64,000 nt of DNA from Octopus vulgaris (taxonomy: Eukaryota): assembly GCA_951406725.2 (NCBI GenBank), contig OX597819.1:86366001-86430000 (forward strand), read 5' to 3'. The notes beneath the pieces are model-generated. The model was not told where the DNA came from, searched no databases, and saw only the letters and a list, made by a program, of their open reading frames with translations. Shown piece after piece: positions 14,674 to 27,550 of the stretch (the stretch's first letter is position 1; each line of letters begins with the position of its first letter). Made by a program: the position numbers and the translations under genes.

Positions 14674-15051
14674 CATGTATACTCTACTCTTTACTCTTTT
14701 ACTTGTTTCAGTCATTTGACTGCGGCCAAATCGACCCCGGGACTCATTCCTTGTAAGCCCAGTACTTATTCTATCGGTCTCTTTTGCCAAACCGCTAAGT
14801 GACGGGGACGTAAGCACACCAGCATCGGTTGTCAAGCAATGCTAGGGGGGACAAACACACACACATACATATATATATATACATATATACGACAGGTTTC
14901 TTTCAGTTTCCGTCTACCAAATTCACCCACAAGGCATTGGTCGGCCCGAGGCTATAGCAGAAGACACTTGCCCAAGATGCCACGCAGCGGGACTGAACCC
15001 GGAACCATGTGGTTGGTTAGCAAGCTACTTACCACACAGCCACTCCTGCGC

Positions 15052-15105
<54 letters not shown>

Positions 15106-15267
15106 TTATCGCCATACTAATATGGCATTCTTATAAAAATAAGAATAAAGCTAACCGCTTATTAGCTCCATGAGGCCATCGCCTTAAGTTAGCTATTTGA
15201 TACACAAACTGTATCCATATAACCTTTGAACAAGGGAGGTCAGTCGCTCCACACTACTTGGCCGGCA

Positions 15268-15309
15268 GCTACAGACGCGTTTCGGGGTATTGCCCCTTTT
15301 CAATGCAGC
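15268..15309 (-). ncRNA. Minimal type I hammerhead ribozyme with U3-A8 core
   Basis: Minus: GCTGCA TTGAAAA GGGG caata CCCC GAAA CGCG TC TGTAGC. Confidence 0.85.
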
Positions 15310-15630
15310 GTAGCCAAACCAGTAGGTGTCGCTTCCGACAATCTCTGTTCAAAGGTTTTATTTACCTAGCTTCGGTGGAATACATCCACTTGTTTTCAAT
15401 AATAGAAATATTAAAATTACTAAGTCTCTCTAAAAGAGAACAACGGCAGCGTTCCCGGAAAATATTAGTTATCGCCATACTAATATGGCATTCTTATAAA
15501 AATAAGAATAAAGCTGACCGCTTATTAGCTCCATGAGGCCATCGCCTTAAGTTAGCTATTTGATACACAAACTGTATCCATATAACCTTTGAACAAGGGA
15601 GGTCAGTCGCTCCACACTACTTGGCCGGCA

Positions 15631-15672
15631 GCTACAGACGCGTTTCGGGGTATTGCCCCTTTTCAATGCAGC
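15631..15672 (-). ncRNA. Minimal type I hammerhead ribozyme with U3-A8 core (second copy)
   Basis: Identical to 15268-15309, 363 nt away. Confidence 0.85.
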
Positions 15673-16583
15673 GTAGCCAAACCAGTAGGTGTCGCTTCCG
15701 ACAATCTCTGTTCAAAGGTTTTATTTGTGTGTATGTGTGTGTATGTGTGCAATGATGACAAGGGTGTGTATTGGCTATTAGCAGGCCAGTATGTAAGAAT
15801 TAAGGAGTGGTGTTTTGGAGTCCAATCACAGGTCAAAAACAAAAAGGTATGTGTGTGCGTGTATGTATATGTATCGTGTGTGTGTTTTGTTTGTAGTGTG
15901 TGTGTGTGTATGTGTGTGTTTGTGCGTGTATGCGTAGAGTTTGGGTGTGTGGCGAGTAACTGTGTTTAACTTAGTGTATGTGTGCGTGTGTGCTTGTACA
16001 TGCGTGTGTGTGTATATATATATATGTATGTATAATTGTGTGCGTGTATGTTTGTGTGTGCGTGTATGTATAGTTGTGTGCCGTGTGTATGGGATGTATG
16101 TGTGAGTTCATTTGTGTGTGTATGTATGTGCGTGTAGTTGTGTGTGCGTGTATGTGTGCGTTTGTATGTGTGTGTGTGTAAGCATATATGGATGTATATG
16201 CGTGTATCCGTGGGGTTGTGAGTTTTGCGTGTGTGCGTGCGTATGTGTGCACATGTTTTGTGTGCGTATGTATGTGTGTGTCTGTGCTTATATGTGTGTA
16301 CGTATGTGTATGTGTGCGTGCGCGTGTAGGTATATATTGTGTGTATGTATATATGTCGGTGTGTATGTGAATTTGTGTGTGTTTGTACGTGTGTATGTGT
16401 GTGTGCGTGTATTGTAAATATATGTAAATGTGTGTGTGCGTGTGTGTGTGCGTGCGTGGGAGTGAATGTATGTATATATGTGCGTGTGTGTACAAATGTA
16501 AGGGTTTATATGTGTGTTTATATGTTTATATGTGTGTATATGCATGTATGCAGGCACACACTTTATAATTGAAAGATTGATGG

Positions 16584-16632
<49 letters not shown>

Positions 16633-16829
16633 GTATATTTATGTGTGTTTATATATAAAAATCTGGAGATTCTACTAGAGTAGATGCAAGCACTAATATA
16701 TGATTTATAAAAACATGTAACATAGTAATAAAAATCTGCAAATGTAAAACCATCCAGATTTCTGAGTACCTTATTTCTTCTAATATATAATACCTGTACA
16801 TCACCTCCAAACCTTCTAATATATATACA

Positions 16830-16897
<68 letters not shown>

Positions 16898-16913
16898 CAT
16901 GTGTATGTGTATG

Positions 16914-16946
<33 letters not shown>

Positions 16947-17061
16947 GTGTGTGTGTGTATCGCATGTAACTATTGCTATTGCTAATATAAATATTAGCTA
17001 ATATACACACATATATATGTGTGTATGGGTGTATATATATGTGTGTGTGTGTGTATGAATA

Positions 17062-17373
17062 TCACATGTAACTATTGCTAATGGCAATTAAACGGAGATT
17101 TATTTCAAGGCAGTATTCACAAGAGAATAAGAATGTAGATTTATTGCTCTTTATATGAAAATATACCGCATTGGAAGTGATACAACTGCATTTGACAATC
17201 CTGTTTGATTGAAAGTAGTTGTAATACGTTAACTCTAATGGTGATTCTGTGTATACTTCACTATCAGAGCCATCAATAATGACGGAGCTCTTCATGAAAT
17301 GTGTAGGTGATGAAAGTTCTCTTGAGATTTTGAGGATATAAATAAAACAACAGGAAAAAAATCTATATATCAA
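17062..17373 (-). pseudogene. Possible degraded Penelope GIY-YIG endonuclease fragment
   Basis: VYTESPLELTYYNYF...CEYCLEINLR loosely follows the PLE pattern YIG.TE..FK.RY.NH...C.LCL.EK. Confidence 0.4.
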
Positions 17374-17671
17374 TCACTCCCCAGATATAAACACAGATGT
17401 GAAAGAAATATCCTAATCTCAAGAGTCCTCAGAATGTAGGTGCTTGCTATACTTTAAAAAATATTTCATATTTTACAAATTCCATAAAGATGTTAACCAC
17501 CAACATTTTAGGCTCGGGAATAGCTATGTGGTTACGAAGCTTGCTTTACAACCATGTAGTTTCTGGTTCGGTCTCTCTGCGCAGTACCTTGGGCAAGTGT
17601 GTTCTACTATAGCCCAGACTGACCAATGCCTTGTGAGTGAATTTGATAGACGGAAACTGTGTGGATGCCCG

Positions 17672-17733
<62 letters not shown>

Positions 17734-17896
17734 ATACACAAGCAACTCTGAATAAATCTGATAAAGCATAGCTTTATGTAAAATACAGTCAACAACGTTG
17801 AGTGATTTGCGCTGGCAGATCGCCCCATCTTGGAAAATAACGAATTAGCGCCAAGCAATGTTTAGGCATAACCAAAGTTTAGGTTAATTAAAAGGT

Positions 17897-18126
17897 TTGT
17901 GATATATTTCAAATGCCGAAAGGCAAATTCACTGCAGTTATCTCTCTTAGGTACTCCTTATTGATAAAAGCCAACTAGCATGAAACATCGATGCCTGGTA
18001 ATCCTGATAGATAAAATAGGGACACAAGAAATAGGGTGTTTTCACCCCTTTTTATCATAACAGAAATATTTTCTCTTCGATAACTACAGAGAATTTGCCT
18101 TTTAGCAGTTGAAATATGTCGCAAAC
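17897..18126. mobile_element. MITE-like element with ~45-bp imperfect inverted ends
   Basis: gtttgtgatatatttcaaatgccgaaaggcaaattcactgcagttatc versus gataactacagagaatttgccttttagcagttgaaatatgtcgcaaac. Confidence 0.6.
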
Positions 18127-18291
18127 ATAGCGTGATGTGTTACAAGAAGTTTGCTTTCCAACCACATGGTTCCACATTCACTCCCACTACGCAGCATCTT
18201 GGATAGGAGTCTTCTAATACATCTACAGAATGACCAAATCCTTGTGAGCAGATCTGGTAGACGGAAAGCAGCCCGTCGTGTATGTATGTGT

Positions 18292-18374
<83 letters not shown>

Positions 18375-19163
18375 TGTATGTATGTATATAAGCAATTAAT
18401 ATCTTGCTTGGCTTCGCTGATGAAGATTAAGAAGGAAGGCTGTTGTCCATGTCGTCTACTGCTCGTTCGTGGCTGATAAGACCGATGTGGGATCAACATG
18501 TCCGATCGCGATGATGACAGAGGTATGATTTCCAAGGTCTGATAATGAAGCTGCATTAGTTTTTCGCCTCTGACGTTTGTCTTCAAGAGAAGCACTGCGA
18601 GAGATCTCAAAGGAGGAAACAGCATCGCTGATGGTATGGCGCGAAGCAGCACGGTCAGTTGGACCACTCACAATAATCAATGTCACAAACGCTAAGTAAT
18701 TGATTAAGGCAGTCCTCGGAACGCTTCTTTGGTGCTCCCCTGTTGCAGTGACCAGTGGTGAGCTCACCGTACATGATGATCTTGACGTTCGGGAAGAATG
18801 GAGTCTCTGACGTTTTGAGCTTACGCTCATCGACAGAAAGTGTTCAGGGGGAAAACTGGAGAGAGAATGAAGAAAACAAACGGAGAGAGAAAAGAAATGT
18901 ATAGCGATTAATGGTTCAATATGATGGAATGACCGGAAGAAAGAAGCTGAGTGAAAGGGAGATAATAACAGTGACCCAGTTGCACAAGCGCGTGTGCGTA
19001 TGCATGAATAGTATGTATGAGTGTGTATGTGTGAATGGGTGAAAGTGCGTGTGAATGTATGCCTGGGCAAGCTTAAAAGTATCTGGGTTTGTATATGTGT
19101 ATAAGTAACTGTGCGTGCATTGTGTGGAGTAATGTGCATTTCATGTATTTGTGTGTGTTTGTT

Positions 19164-19198
<35 letters not shown>

Positions 19199-19629
19199 AT
19201 GAGAGAGAGAGGGAGACAGAGGACTAAACAGAGCAAGAGTTGCTGAAGAGGTCGCAGGATGTGTGACGAAAGATTTCAGACAAATGACATTAAAATAATA
19301 TTAATAAAGTTAAAATGAAGAACGAGTGTATAGCGCGTGTGTTTACTTGTCATAAAAATATGACCCTCCCTGAATATAACAATGTTTGTTTTCACTGTCC
19401 TGTTTGTGTTACCAATTTTGACCCTCCGCAAAATCCCAAAGTTTATTCAATTTGCTTTGCGGGAGCAACTGTTTTATCGAAAGCGTATATTGTTGTTAAA
19501 TGCTCGAAATCGGTGAGTAGTAAAACGACCAACAACTGATGAAGGGTCGTTCTTTATGTTGTTTGTCTTGTTTTCCATTTGTGTCTTTCGTTGTTCGAAA
19601 AAATAGTTCATATTCCATGTACTCGTATA

Positions 19630-19702
<73 letters not shown>

Positions 19703-19744
19703 GTATAGATATTGTCTGCATATACGTATATAAGCATATATATA

Positions 19745-19890
19745 TATACAAAAATTCTATAATTATGAGCATATTTATAATTAGGGTTCAACAAAATTTG
19801 TTTCCCCACATACCGAAATTTAGAAATAGCAGTTAAAATTTTGCTGAACCCTAATTATAATTATGCTCATAATTATAGAATTTTTGTATA
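19745..19890. repeat. Inverted repeat, ~55-bp arms
   Basis: tacaaaaattctataattatgagcat...gggttcaacaaaattt versus aaattttgctgaaccc...atgctcataattatagaatttttgta. Confidence 0.88.
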
Positions 19891-19982
19891 AGTTTACCGA
19901 TAAGGGTTCTTTTAACATACCGAACTACTTGGTAAAATTATTAATTATTAATTGGTTAATTAATTTTACTATTTATTATTAT

Positions 19983-20049
<67 letters not shown>

Positions 20050-20213
20050 TATGTATATACAAAATTTAGAGGACTGACCACTAAAAGTGGACAGTCTATA
20101 TGCTAGATATAGACGTCAAATCTCCATTTTCCACTGAGAATGTGTTCTCAAGAAAAAACAAAGTGTAAAAATAAGCAAGACAAATGAAGATATACGAAAT
20201 AAAAAACGATTAC

Positions 20214-20288
20214 CTATGTACTAATTAGTTTCACTTGTTAAAATTTACGTATATGGACATGCAAACATCTGCAAGCTCATCAGCATAG
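20214..20288 (-). ncRNA. Type I hammerhead ribozyme motif
   Basis: Minus: CTATG CTGATGA GCTTG...CAAGT GAAA CTAATTAG TA CATAG; canonical core, palindromic stem III. Confidence 0.8.
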
Positions 20289-20465
20289 TCTGTCGTTTAC
20301 AAAACACAATTTCCAGAACTAGATATATATTCGCATTTGAAAGATACACATAAATATAATTTATAGAACTTTATACATGCTGGATTTCGATTGAGCGTTC
20401 TGTTCTAGTTCTGGATATTGTATGAGAAAATTATATCCTTCAGGTTATAATGTGTATTAATGTGT

Positions 20466-20503
<38 letters not shown>

Positions 20504-20592
20504 AAATTAAATTAGAGAAAACGATAAAGAAGAATTAAAATACTATATATAAAATACCATAAAAACTAATTAAAAATATCAAGTACATATAC

Positions 20593-21065
20593 GTGGCACT
20601 CCGTCGGTTACGACGACGAGGTTTCCAGTTGATCCAACCAACGGAATAGTGTTGACGTGAAATTAACGTTCAAGTGGCTGAGCACTCTACAGACACGTGT
20701 ACCTTTAACGTAGATCTCGGGGAGATTCAGCGTGACAGAGTGTGACAAGGCTGGCCCTTTGAAATATAGGTACAACAGAAACAGGAAGAAAGAGCGGGAG
20801 AAAGATGTGGTAAGAGAGTACAGCATGGTTCGCCACCACTCCCTGTCGGAGCCTCGTGGCTAAGCAAGCAGGTCAACAGAAGAAAGAGTGAGAGAGAGTT
20901 GTGGCGAAAGAGTACAACAGGGATCGAAACCACCCTCTGCCGGAGCTTTGTGGAGCTTTAGGTGTTTTCGCTCAATAAGCACTCACAACGCCCGGTCTGG
21001 GAATCGAAACCACGATCCCATGACCGCGAGTCCTCTGCCCTAACCACTGGGCCATTGCGCCTCCA
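20593..21065 (-). mobile_element. tRNA-derived SINE (same head family as 62727-63030; tail shared with 11027-11345)
   Basis: Minus strand ggaggcgcaatggcccagtggttagggcag...ggtttcgattcccagacc. Confidence 0.85.
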
Positions 21066-21940
21066 CATACATATATATATACATATATATTATGAACTGA
21101 TGAGGTGAAGTTAACTGAAAATAGTAATTAAAAGATTGATAGGTTATCTTATTATCTGGAGCAATATTGTAAAGAGAAAGTATTATGACATTCTGTCGTA
21201 AAATATTTAATTGCAAGTAAGCGAAATAGAAGGTATAAACATTTATAAAATGAAATTAAATCACCAAGAAAATGACAGGGTTATATGGAAAGAATAAATA
21301 TCTGATGAACTAATCATATCCTTGGAGGAAAGATAAAGCATATATAGAAGTGAATGACATAAATCTTGGAAGAGTAGAAATCTTATGTATTGAAGATAAA
21401 AGAAATGGCAGTGAAAGTTGAGTTACACTGAAAAATAACTTTCAAAGTTGGACGTATATATTCGTAATGAGGAATAACAAATAACAAAAAAGCAAACAAA
21501 AATATATCAGAATTGAAATGTAGTTCAAATATACTGTACAAATAATCTAATATTGTGCGAAAAAATTCGCTCCGCCTGTGAAAAAGAGCTGGCGTCCCAC
21601 CAACAGTACTAGCTGCGTGATTAAGTTGCCTAGAAGCAAACAAAACTGACAGCTGATACCTGTCAAAAAGAATGAATGTCATCGACAACCACTTGTTTAG
21701 CTGCAAGCAGAGATGCTTGTTGATACCTATCATAAAAATCGTATGTTATCGACAAGTTTATCAATCTCGCAATCTGTTCTAAATCAAAATTATCTGATGA
21801 TATCAGTCTCTATGAACGGACTTCAGCAGTAATGCTTTTAATCACGTAGCTAATTACCTAATCTACCATAAGAACAATTGAATGGTAGTCAACTCTTTTA
21901 AATTCTCTAAACTAGCGGTTCTCAACTGAGTTAGTAACAG

Positions 21941-22157
21941 CGGATCTTTTCAATCTCAGTCACAGATTTTTTAATTAATTTTTTTTAACTAAACTGTTTG
22001 AAACTTCGAATACTGGTTGAATATGTCACGTAGAACACGGTTTACTCTTAACGATTTTGACAAGATTTTGTATTTTAGAAGTTATTTCCTGTTAAAATTG
22101 TCGTATTTGGGTAATTTTAACCAATCAATGACGTGTATTCAGTTGAAGAAAGATCCG
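21941..22157. mobile_element. 217-bp MITE with CGGATCTTT termini and 6-bp flanking direct repeat TAACAG
   Basis: taacag|cggatctttt ... aaagatccg|taacag. The interior is also found at 33582-33792. Confidence 0.75.
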
Positions 22158-22929
22158 TAACAGCATCCGCTGAAACATCTTTTGCTTCTCTCTCTAATAA
22201 TTCTTTCTACTGTAGGTACAAGGCCTAGAATTTAGCGGGAGGGGACTAGTCGATTACACCGACCCCAGTACTCAACTGATGCTTATTTCATCGACCCTGG
22301 AGGATGAAAAGCAAAATTGACCTCGGCAGGATTTGAACTCAGAGCACGCCGCCTTACATCTTTTTATAATACTTTCTACTACAGGTGCAAGGCCTAAACT
22401 TTTGCGGGGTGGGGCTAGTTGATTATATTGACTCCAGTGCTTAACTGGTACTTATCGTTCCCGAAAGAATGAAAGGTAAAGTTGACCGCGAGAGAATTCG
22501 AAAAATGCACTACTTCTTTTATTCATCATTTTGCAGAGACAGACTTCAATACTTTCCTTAGAGGGTCACATCGATGGCATAGACGTTATCTAAGGTGTCA
22601 CTGAGATAATTGACCTTGTGGTAAGGGTGTTGCACTAATGAGCGCGTGATCGGGGTTTCGATTCCCAGCCTGGCTGTGCGTTGTGTTCTTAGGCAAACAC
22701 TTCATATTGCTCTAGTTCACTCCACACTGTAAATGAGTTGCCTTGGGACGGATTGGCGTACAAGGGTGAAGGGGTGACTCAAGAAAATCACCAGAACAGA
22801 GGTTTTGCAAGCCAGTTCTGCATTCAGCGATCGAAAGAAGGAATAGTACAACCGTACTATGAATCCCGATTAGTCGAAAGAAGAGGAGGAATTGTAACAT
22901 AAAATCTCTCATCACTCAATAAAATTGAC

Positions 22930-23860
22930 TAAATGTAATTTTTTTCCTATGATAAAAGAAAATCAATTATATTTTCGCGAAGGTTCAATACTCAAAAAAA
23001 CCTTTCTGCATGATAGCCATTTCATTCTTAGTGCAGCAGAGAGTTTTGTAAGTTACTCTTGCTGCATTAAATTATATAGGGAATCATCTAACATTTGTTG
23101 GATTGGTTTTAATGAAATACAGTTGTTTGATTCTGGAGTAAAATCTACTGTACATTCCTGTCATGTTAGTAGCACTGTCTATGCATATTGCAGCAATCAT
23201 ACTCTCATACAAATTTAGAAAAGTTAGCGAAACTTGAGGAATTTTAGTTGATGTAGTTTGCAGTGTTAAAGTCTAAGAAAGAAAGGAGAAGAAAATCTTT
23301 TCGTTTAATTCATTTTCAGAAAGATATCGAGCATAACAACATCTGTGCTTGACTAGCAACATCGGTGCTTTCATCTGAATGTATCACAAACGTATGAGTT
23401 CTGTTATCTTCGTTGACTTAGCGAATCATTTGACGTTTCATTTATTCTAGGATTCCCTGTCAATCGAAAGTAGTATTGATTTCATCTTCACTGCAGTGTT
23501 TTCACTGGCTACACAACGGTACATTTCATATGCAGCGATAGGAATCAAACATTCATCAGCTATATGCGTTTTCACAAACTTTGTAATCATTTCTGACACA
23601 ATATAGGACATTTTAAGTAAAATAAAATGTTGTTACATATGAACCCAGCAAGTTTTTTTTTCTTTTTAGCTTGAATAGCTTTGTTATTCAAATCTTCTGG
23701 CTTGTCTGTCTTTAAGTTATTCATTTGAAAGATGATGCTTCAATTTTGATAGCTTTAAACTTTCATTTGATAATTCCACATTACACACAACAAACCTCTG
23801 TGTTGGTTTCTACTGGATACAAAACTGCTTATAGTGTAAGAAGTATTGTATAACTTAGTT
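22930..23860 (-). pseudogene. Degraded hAT (Charlie/Buster-like) transposase
   Basis: Minus fragments VVCNVELSNESLKLSKLKHHL (BED-finger region) and AHIADECLIPIAA, plus downstream remnants with stops and frameshifts. Confidence 0.7.
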
Positions 23861-23990
23861 ATTTCTTTTGGTTTAAGTTTTTCTATACATAGATGAGATT
23901 TCCACTTAGAAATCTACACGTTAGTTTAATTATAAACAATGTGTATATGCATGTGTATATATATATACATATATCTACACACATATATAT

Positions 23991-24274
23991 ATATGAATAA
24001 AAAATGGAGTTAACGCAGGTTTAAACAAGTATTTTTACTTTCTACACATGTTTCGAAAATTCCACTGATACTATTCAAAAGAATAAATGGTATAAACAAT
24101 GCAATCTTCTCTTCGGGAAAGTGAAAAAAACGAAACTCGTCAATACTCCCGAAGAGAAGATTGCATTGTTTATACCATTTATTCTTTTTAATAGTATCAG
24201 TGGAATTTTCGAAACATGTGTAGAAAGTAAAAATACTTGTTTAAACCTGCGTTAACTCCACTTTTTATTCATAT
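23991..24274. repeat. Inverted duplication (~127-bp arms) of a hammerhead-bearing segment
   Basis: 23991-24117 is the reverse complement of 24148-24274, with about two mismatches. Confidence 0.93.
24037..24122 (-). ncRNA. Hammerhead ribozyme motif with U4C core variant
   Basis: Minus: ACTTTC CCGAAGA GAAGATT...AATTTTC GAAA CATGTG TA GAAAGT. Confidence 0.65.
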
Positions 24275-24469
24275 TATTCAAAATATTCAACGTAAACACG
24301 AAGTTTCAACCTTTATAAACAAGGAGTTACAACATCTTTACTTGTGAGATTTTTGCTGCCCTGGTAACTATTTATTTATTTTTCCGTGTTAATTGTTAAC
24401 AAGGTAAAAATACACTCATCTATGTATATATATATATATATATCAGTATATATATATACATATATATAC

Positions 24470-24542
<73 letters not shown>

Positions 24543-24928
24543 TAAAAACGGTAAGATAACAAAAGAAAGAGACCTCAATATTATGTAAATAGAGGAAATT
24601 TATCTATAAAATAATTTGTTACATTACTCAATAGTCAAGATAAAACGCACATACACACACATACACACAGACACACACATACACACACACACATGCACAC
24701 ACACACTTACACACACACTCACACACACACGTCCATTTCATATATCTTCTTTCAATTTCTGCTCTCTGCAAATAAAATTTTTACGGATACAGGGACCCGA
24801 AATAATAAGGTTGAGAAACGCTGGTATAGATTACGCCTAAACGAAAACGATCACAGTCACATCCTGCAAACATACTTCGGCATCTGAAACTCAGAGTTTT
24901 ATCTTGACTATTGAGTAATGTAACATAT

Positions 24929-24970
<42 letters not shown>

Positions 24971-25373
24971 GGAACAAAAACGTAATAGAGGACATCAAAA
25001 CATTCGGACAGATAGACGATACAAAGGCAGACAAGAGAAGACTGGTCATTCGTGGTTTTCTTTCGTCAGTCAAGTTCCAGAAGTCACTACCATTTCGGGC
25101 AGTTTCACTTGAGATGGTTCGATCTTGTTGACCCCCAAAAAGTCTAAGCTAAGAGCATTAGACCACTTTGTAAAGCTAGCAAATGTGTACGGCAACAAAG
25201 AAAAAAAAAAACTAACAAACAATTAAAAAACGGAGTACATGGTACACAATTACGAATACAAACAACAAGAAATAACAACAGGTGTCTTTCGACTGAGAAC
25301 GAATTAAATTGAGCTGGCGGGTATGAAGTGAAAGCCTAAAGCAGGTACACAGGAGATGGACACAAGAGGTGTC

Positions 25374-25439
<66 letters not shown>

Positions 25440-25536
25440 TGTATGTATGTATGTATGTATGTTTGTTTGTATGTGTTATGTCTGTATGTGTATCTGCATA
25501 CATACATATACATACATTCATACATACATACATATA

Positions 25537-25572
<36 letters not shown>

Positions 25573-26365
25573 TGTATGTATGTATGTATGTATGTATGTA
25601 TGTATACACATAAAAAGAGAAGACAGACTCAAATTTTTCAGATAAACAATCAAATATAAATATATAGGTAATTGTTATAGCTGAAACTTAGATTACAAAG
25701 ATGGTGCCACTTTGGCGTGTGATCTACAATTTAAAGAGAGATTACTTTAGGTTACTTTTTTGTTCACTTTGTGTTTGTGCTAATTTTCTGTGTGATTTAT
25801 GTAAGCAAGTTTACTTTGGTTGTTAATCTACGTGCTTATTTCGATTATTATATTGTTTATTCAAGGTTTCTTATTACTATTTACTATGAAATAAATGAAA
25901 CATGATTTTCTTATAAAAATATTAAGAATTTTGAAAAAATACATTTGCAATGCTAAGTATGTCCTACAGTAATCGCCCTTGTAGATCACACGCCAAAGTG
26001 GCCCCCAAAGAAGTAGAGGGGAGAAGGTGTTATAATTCCGACAGCTGTTTCTGAGGGCTCAGAGTAACTTCATAATGTTGGTAGATATTGATCAAAAATG
26101 TTCAACCTGTAATGGAAGCAAACGAATGTTAGTAAACGTCATCAGGATGGATATTTAAGAGTCTTTCTGTTTATTTAAATCATTGTTTCCATATCTCTTT
26201 ACTTGGATTTCCCTTATAGCTACTCTTTACCCTGCTGACTTGCTCTTCAGTGAAGATATGGGAGAGTAAGTTCTGATCATTTGAACTCTACAAAGTGCTT
26301 TCTGTGTTGAGATTCTCTCTATCTCATCTGTTGATTATGTCTGTCTGTCTGCCTCTCTCTCCCTT

Positions 26366-26424
<59 letters not shown>

Positions 26425-26515
26425 AGAATTTACGGAAAAAAACAAAAGACGAAGACAGGTGGTATACAAAACAAACAGATGTATTAGTATAACGCTCAGG
26501 AATAGAAGAAAAAGT

Positions 26516-26551
26516 CTTTTACGTTTCGAGCCTACGCTCTTCTACAGAAAG
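26516..26551 (-). ncRNA. Very short hammerhead-like motif with A6U core (second copy 36898-36933)
   Basis: Minus: CTTT CTGTAGA A GAGC gtag GCTC GAAA CG TA AAAG; the copy has CTGTGGA. Confidence 0.5.
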
Positions 26552-26609
26552 GGACACAGAAAACAAGGTGAGAAACAAGGAATGAAAAAAGGAGGGAAAT
26601 ATATATATA

Positions 26610-26673
<64 letters not shown>

Positions 26674-27550
26674 ATTGTGTCGAGGATCTATAATCTTTTA
26701 AGGCTTATATGAGTGATCAGTGAAAACCAAGTATATTAGTTTTTCATTGATATATATAAGTATTTAAAACATTTATGAATGAGAAAAGGAAGAAAACGGA
26801 GACATTGACATACATACATTAGTTTGTTTAAAGATATTTAAATCTATGTTGTGAAATTCCCATCCTACACCTGTTTCTACATCCAATTCGTTCCATTACA
26901 GAAATCAAATTAAATAATTTTAATTTAAATTTTTACGAACAAATATTAATGATACAGCATTTTTAGAGGGTGATTAACTAGCAGTTTTGACACGTCATCT
27001 TGTTTTCTTTTTGTAATCTTCAGTATTGTTAACAAACGCTGCACAACTACTTGGTGAATGTTACCACCCTCTCTCTTACTCTCTCGCTACCCATCTTTCT
27101 TTCTCACTCGCTTTGATCTCTCTCTCTCTCCCTCTCTCTCTCTCTCTGTCTCGTTCTCTCTCTAACATCTATTTCGCCCTAACTACCACACTGACACCAA
27201 AAAAACTATCATGTATTGCATATGTACGCGCACAAGTATATCAAACGTAATTGTTTATATCTATATATAGGCTAATAACGCACACATTGAATAACACACA
27301 CGTCTGAGTCTGTCGTAAGGCAACCAACACATTGAAATGTAACTTCCTTTGGCAAAATTGTCCCCTAATAAACTGTTCTCAATATGAAAATTTAAATTAA
27401 GAATATTTAATTTAATTTCTGAAATGGAACGAATTGAATGTGGAAAAAGCTGCAGGGCGGGAATTTCACTACATGGGTTTAAATATCTTTAAATAAACTA
27501 ATGTCTGTATGTTAATTTCTCCGTTTTCTTCCTTTTCTCATTCATATATA

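Larger units (their letters stand above)
15101..15726 (-). repeat. Partial tandem dimer of a 363-bp unit carrying two hammerhead ribozymes
   Basis: 15101-15363 is repeated at 15464-15726, with about one difference seen. Confidence 0.95.

Noticed and set aside
18456-19139. 227-aa minus-strand ORF
   Set aside because: Starts in TG/GA-rich low-complexity sequence; no recognisable motif; probably a transposon remnant.
21092-21132. CTGATGA-GGT..ACT-GAAA motif
   Set aside because: Core is present but stems I and III are broken; counted only as a possible fossil.
26036-26148. Minus-strand CTGATGA ... GAAACAGCTGTC
   Set aside because: Both core halves are present, but stems I and II do not pair.
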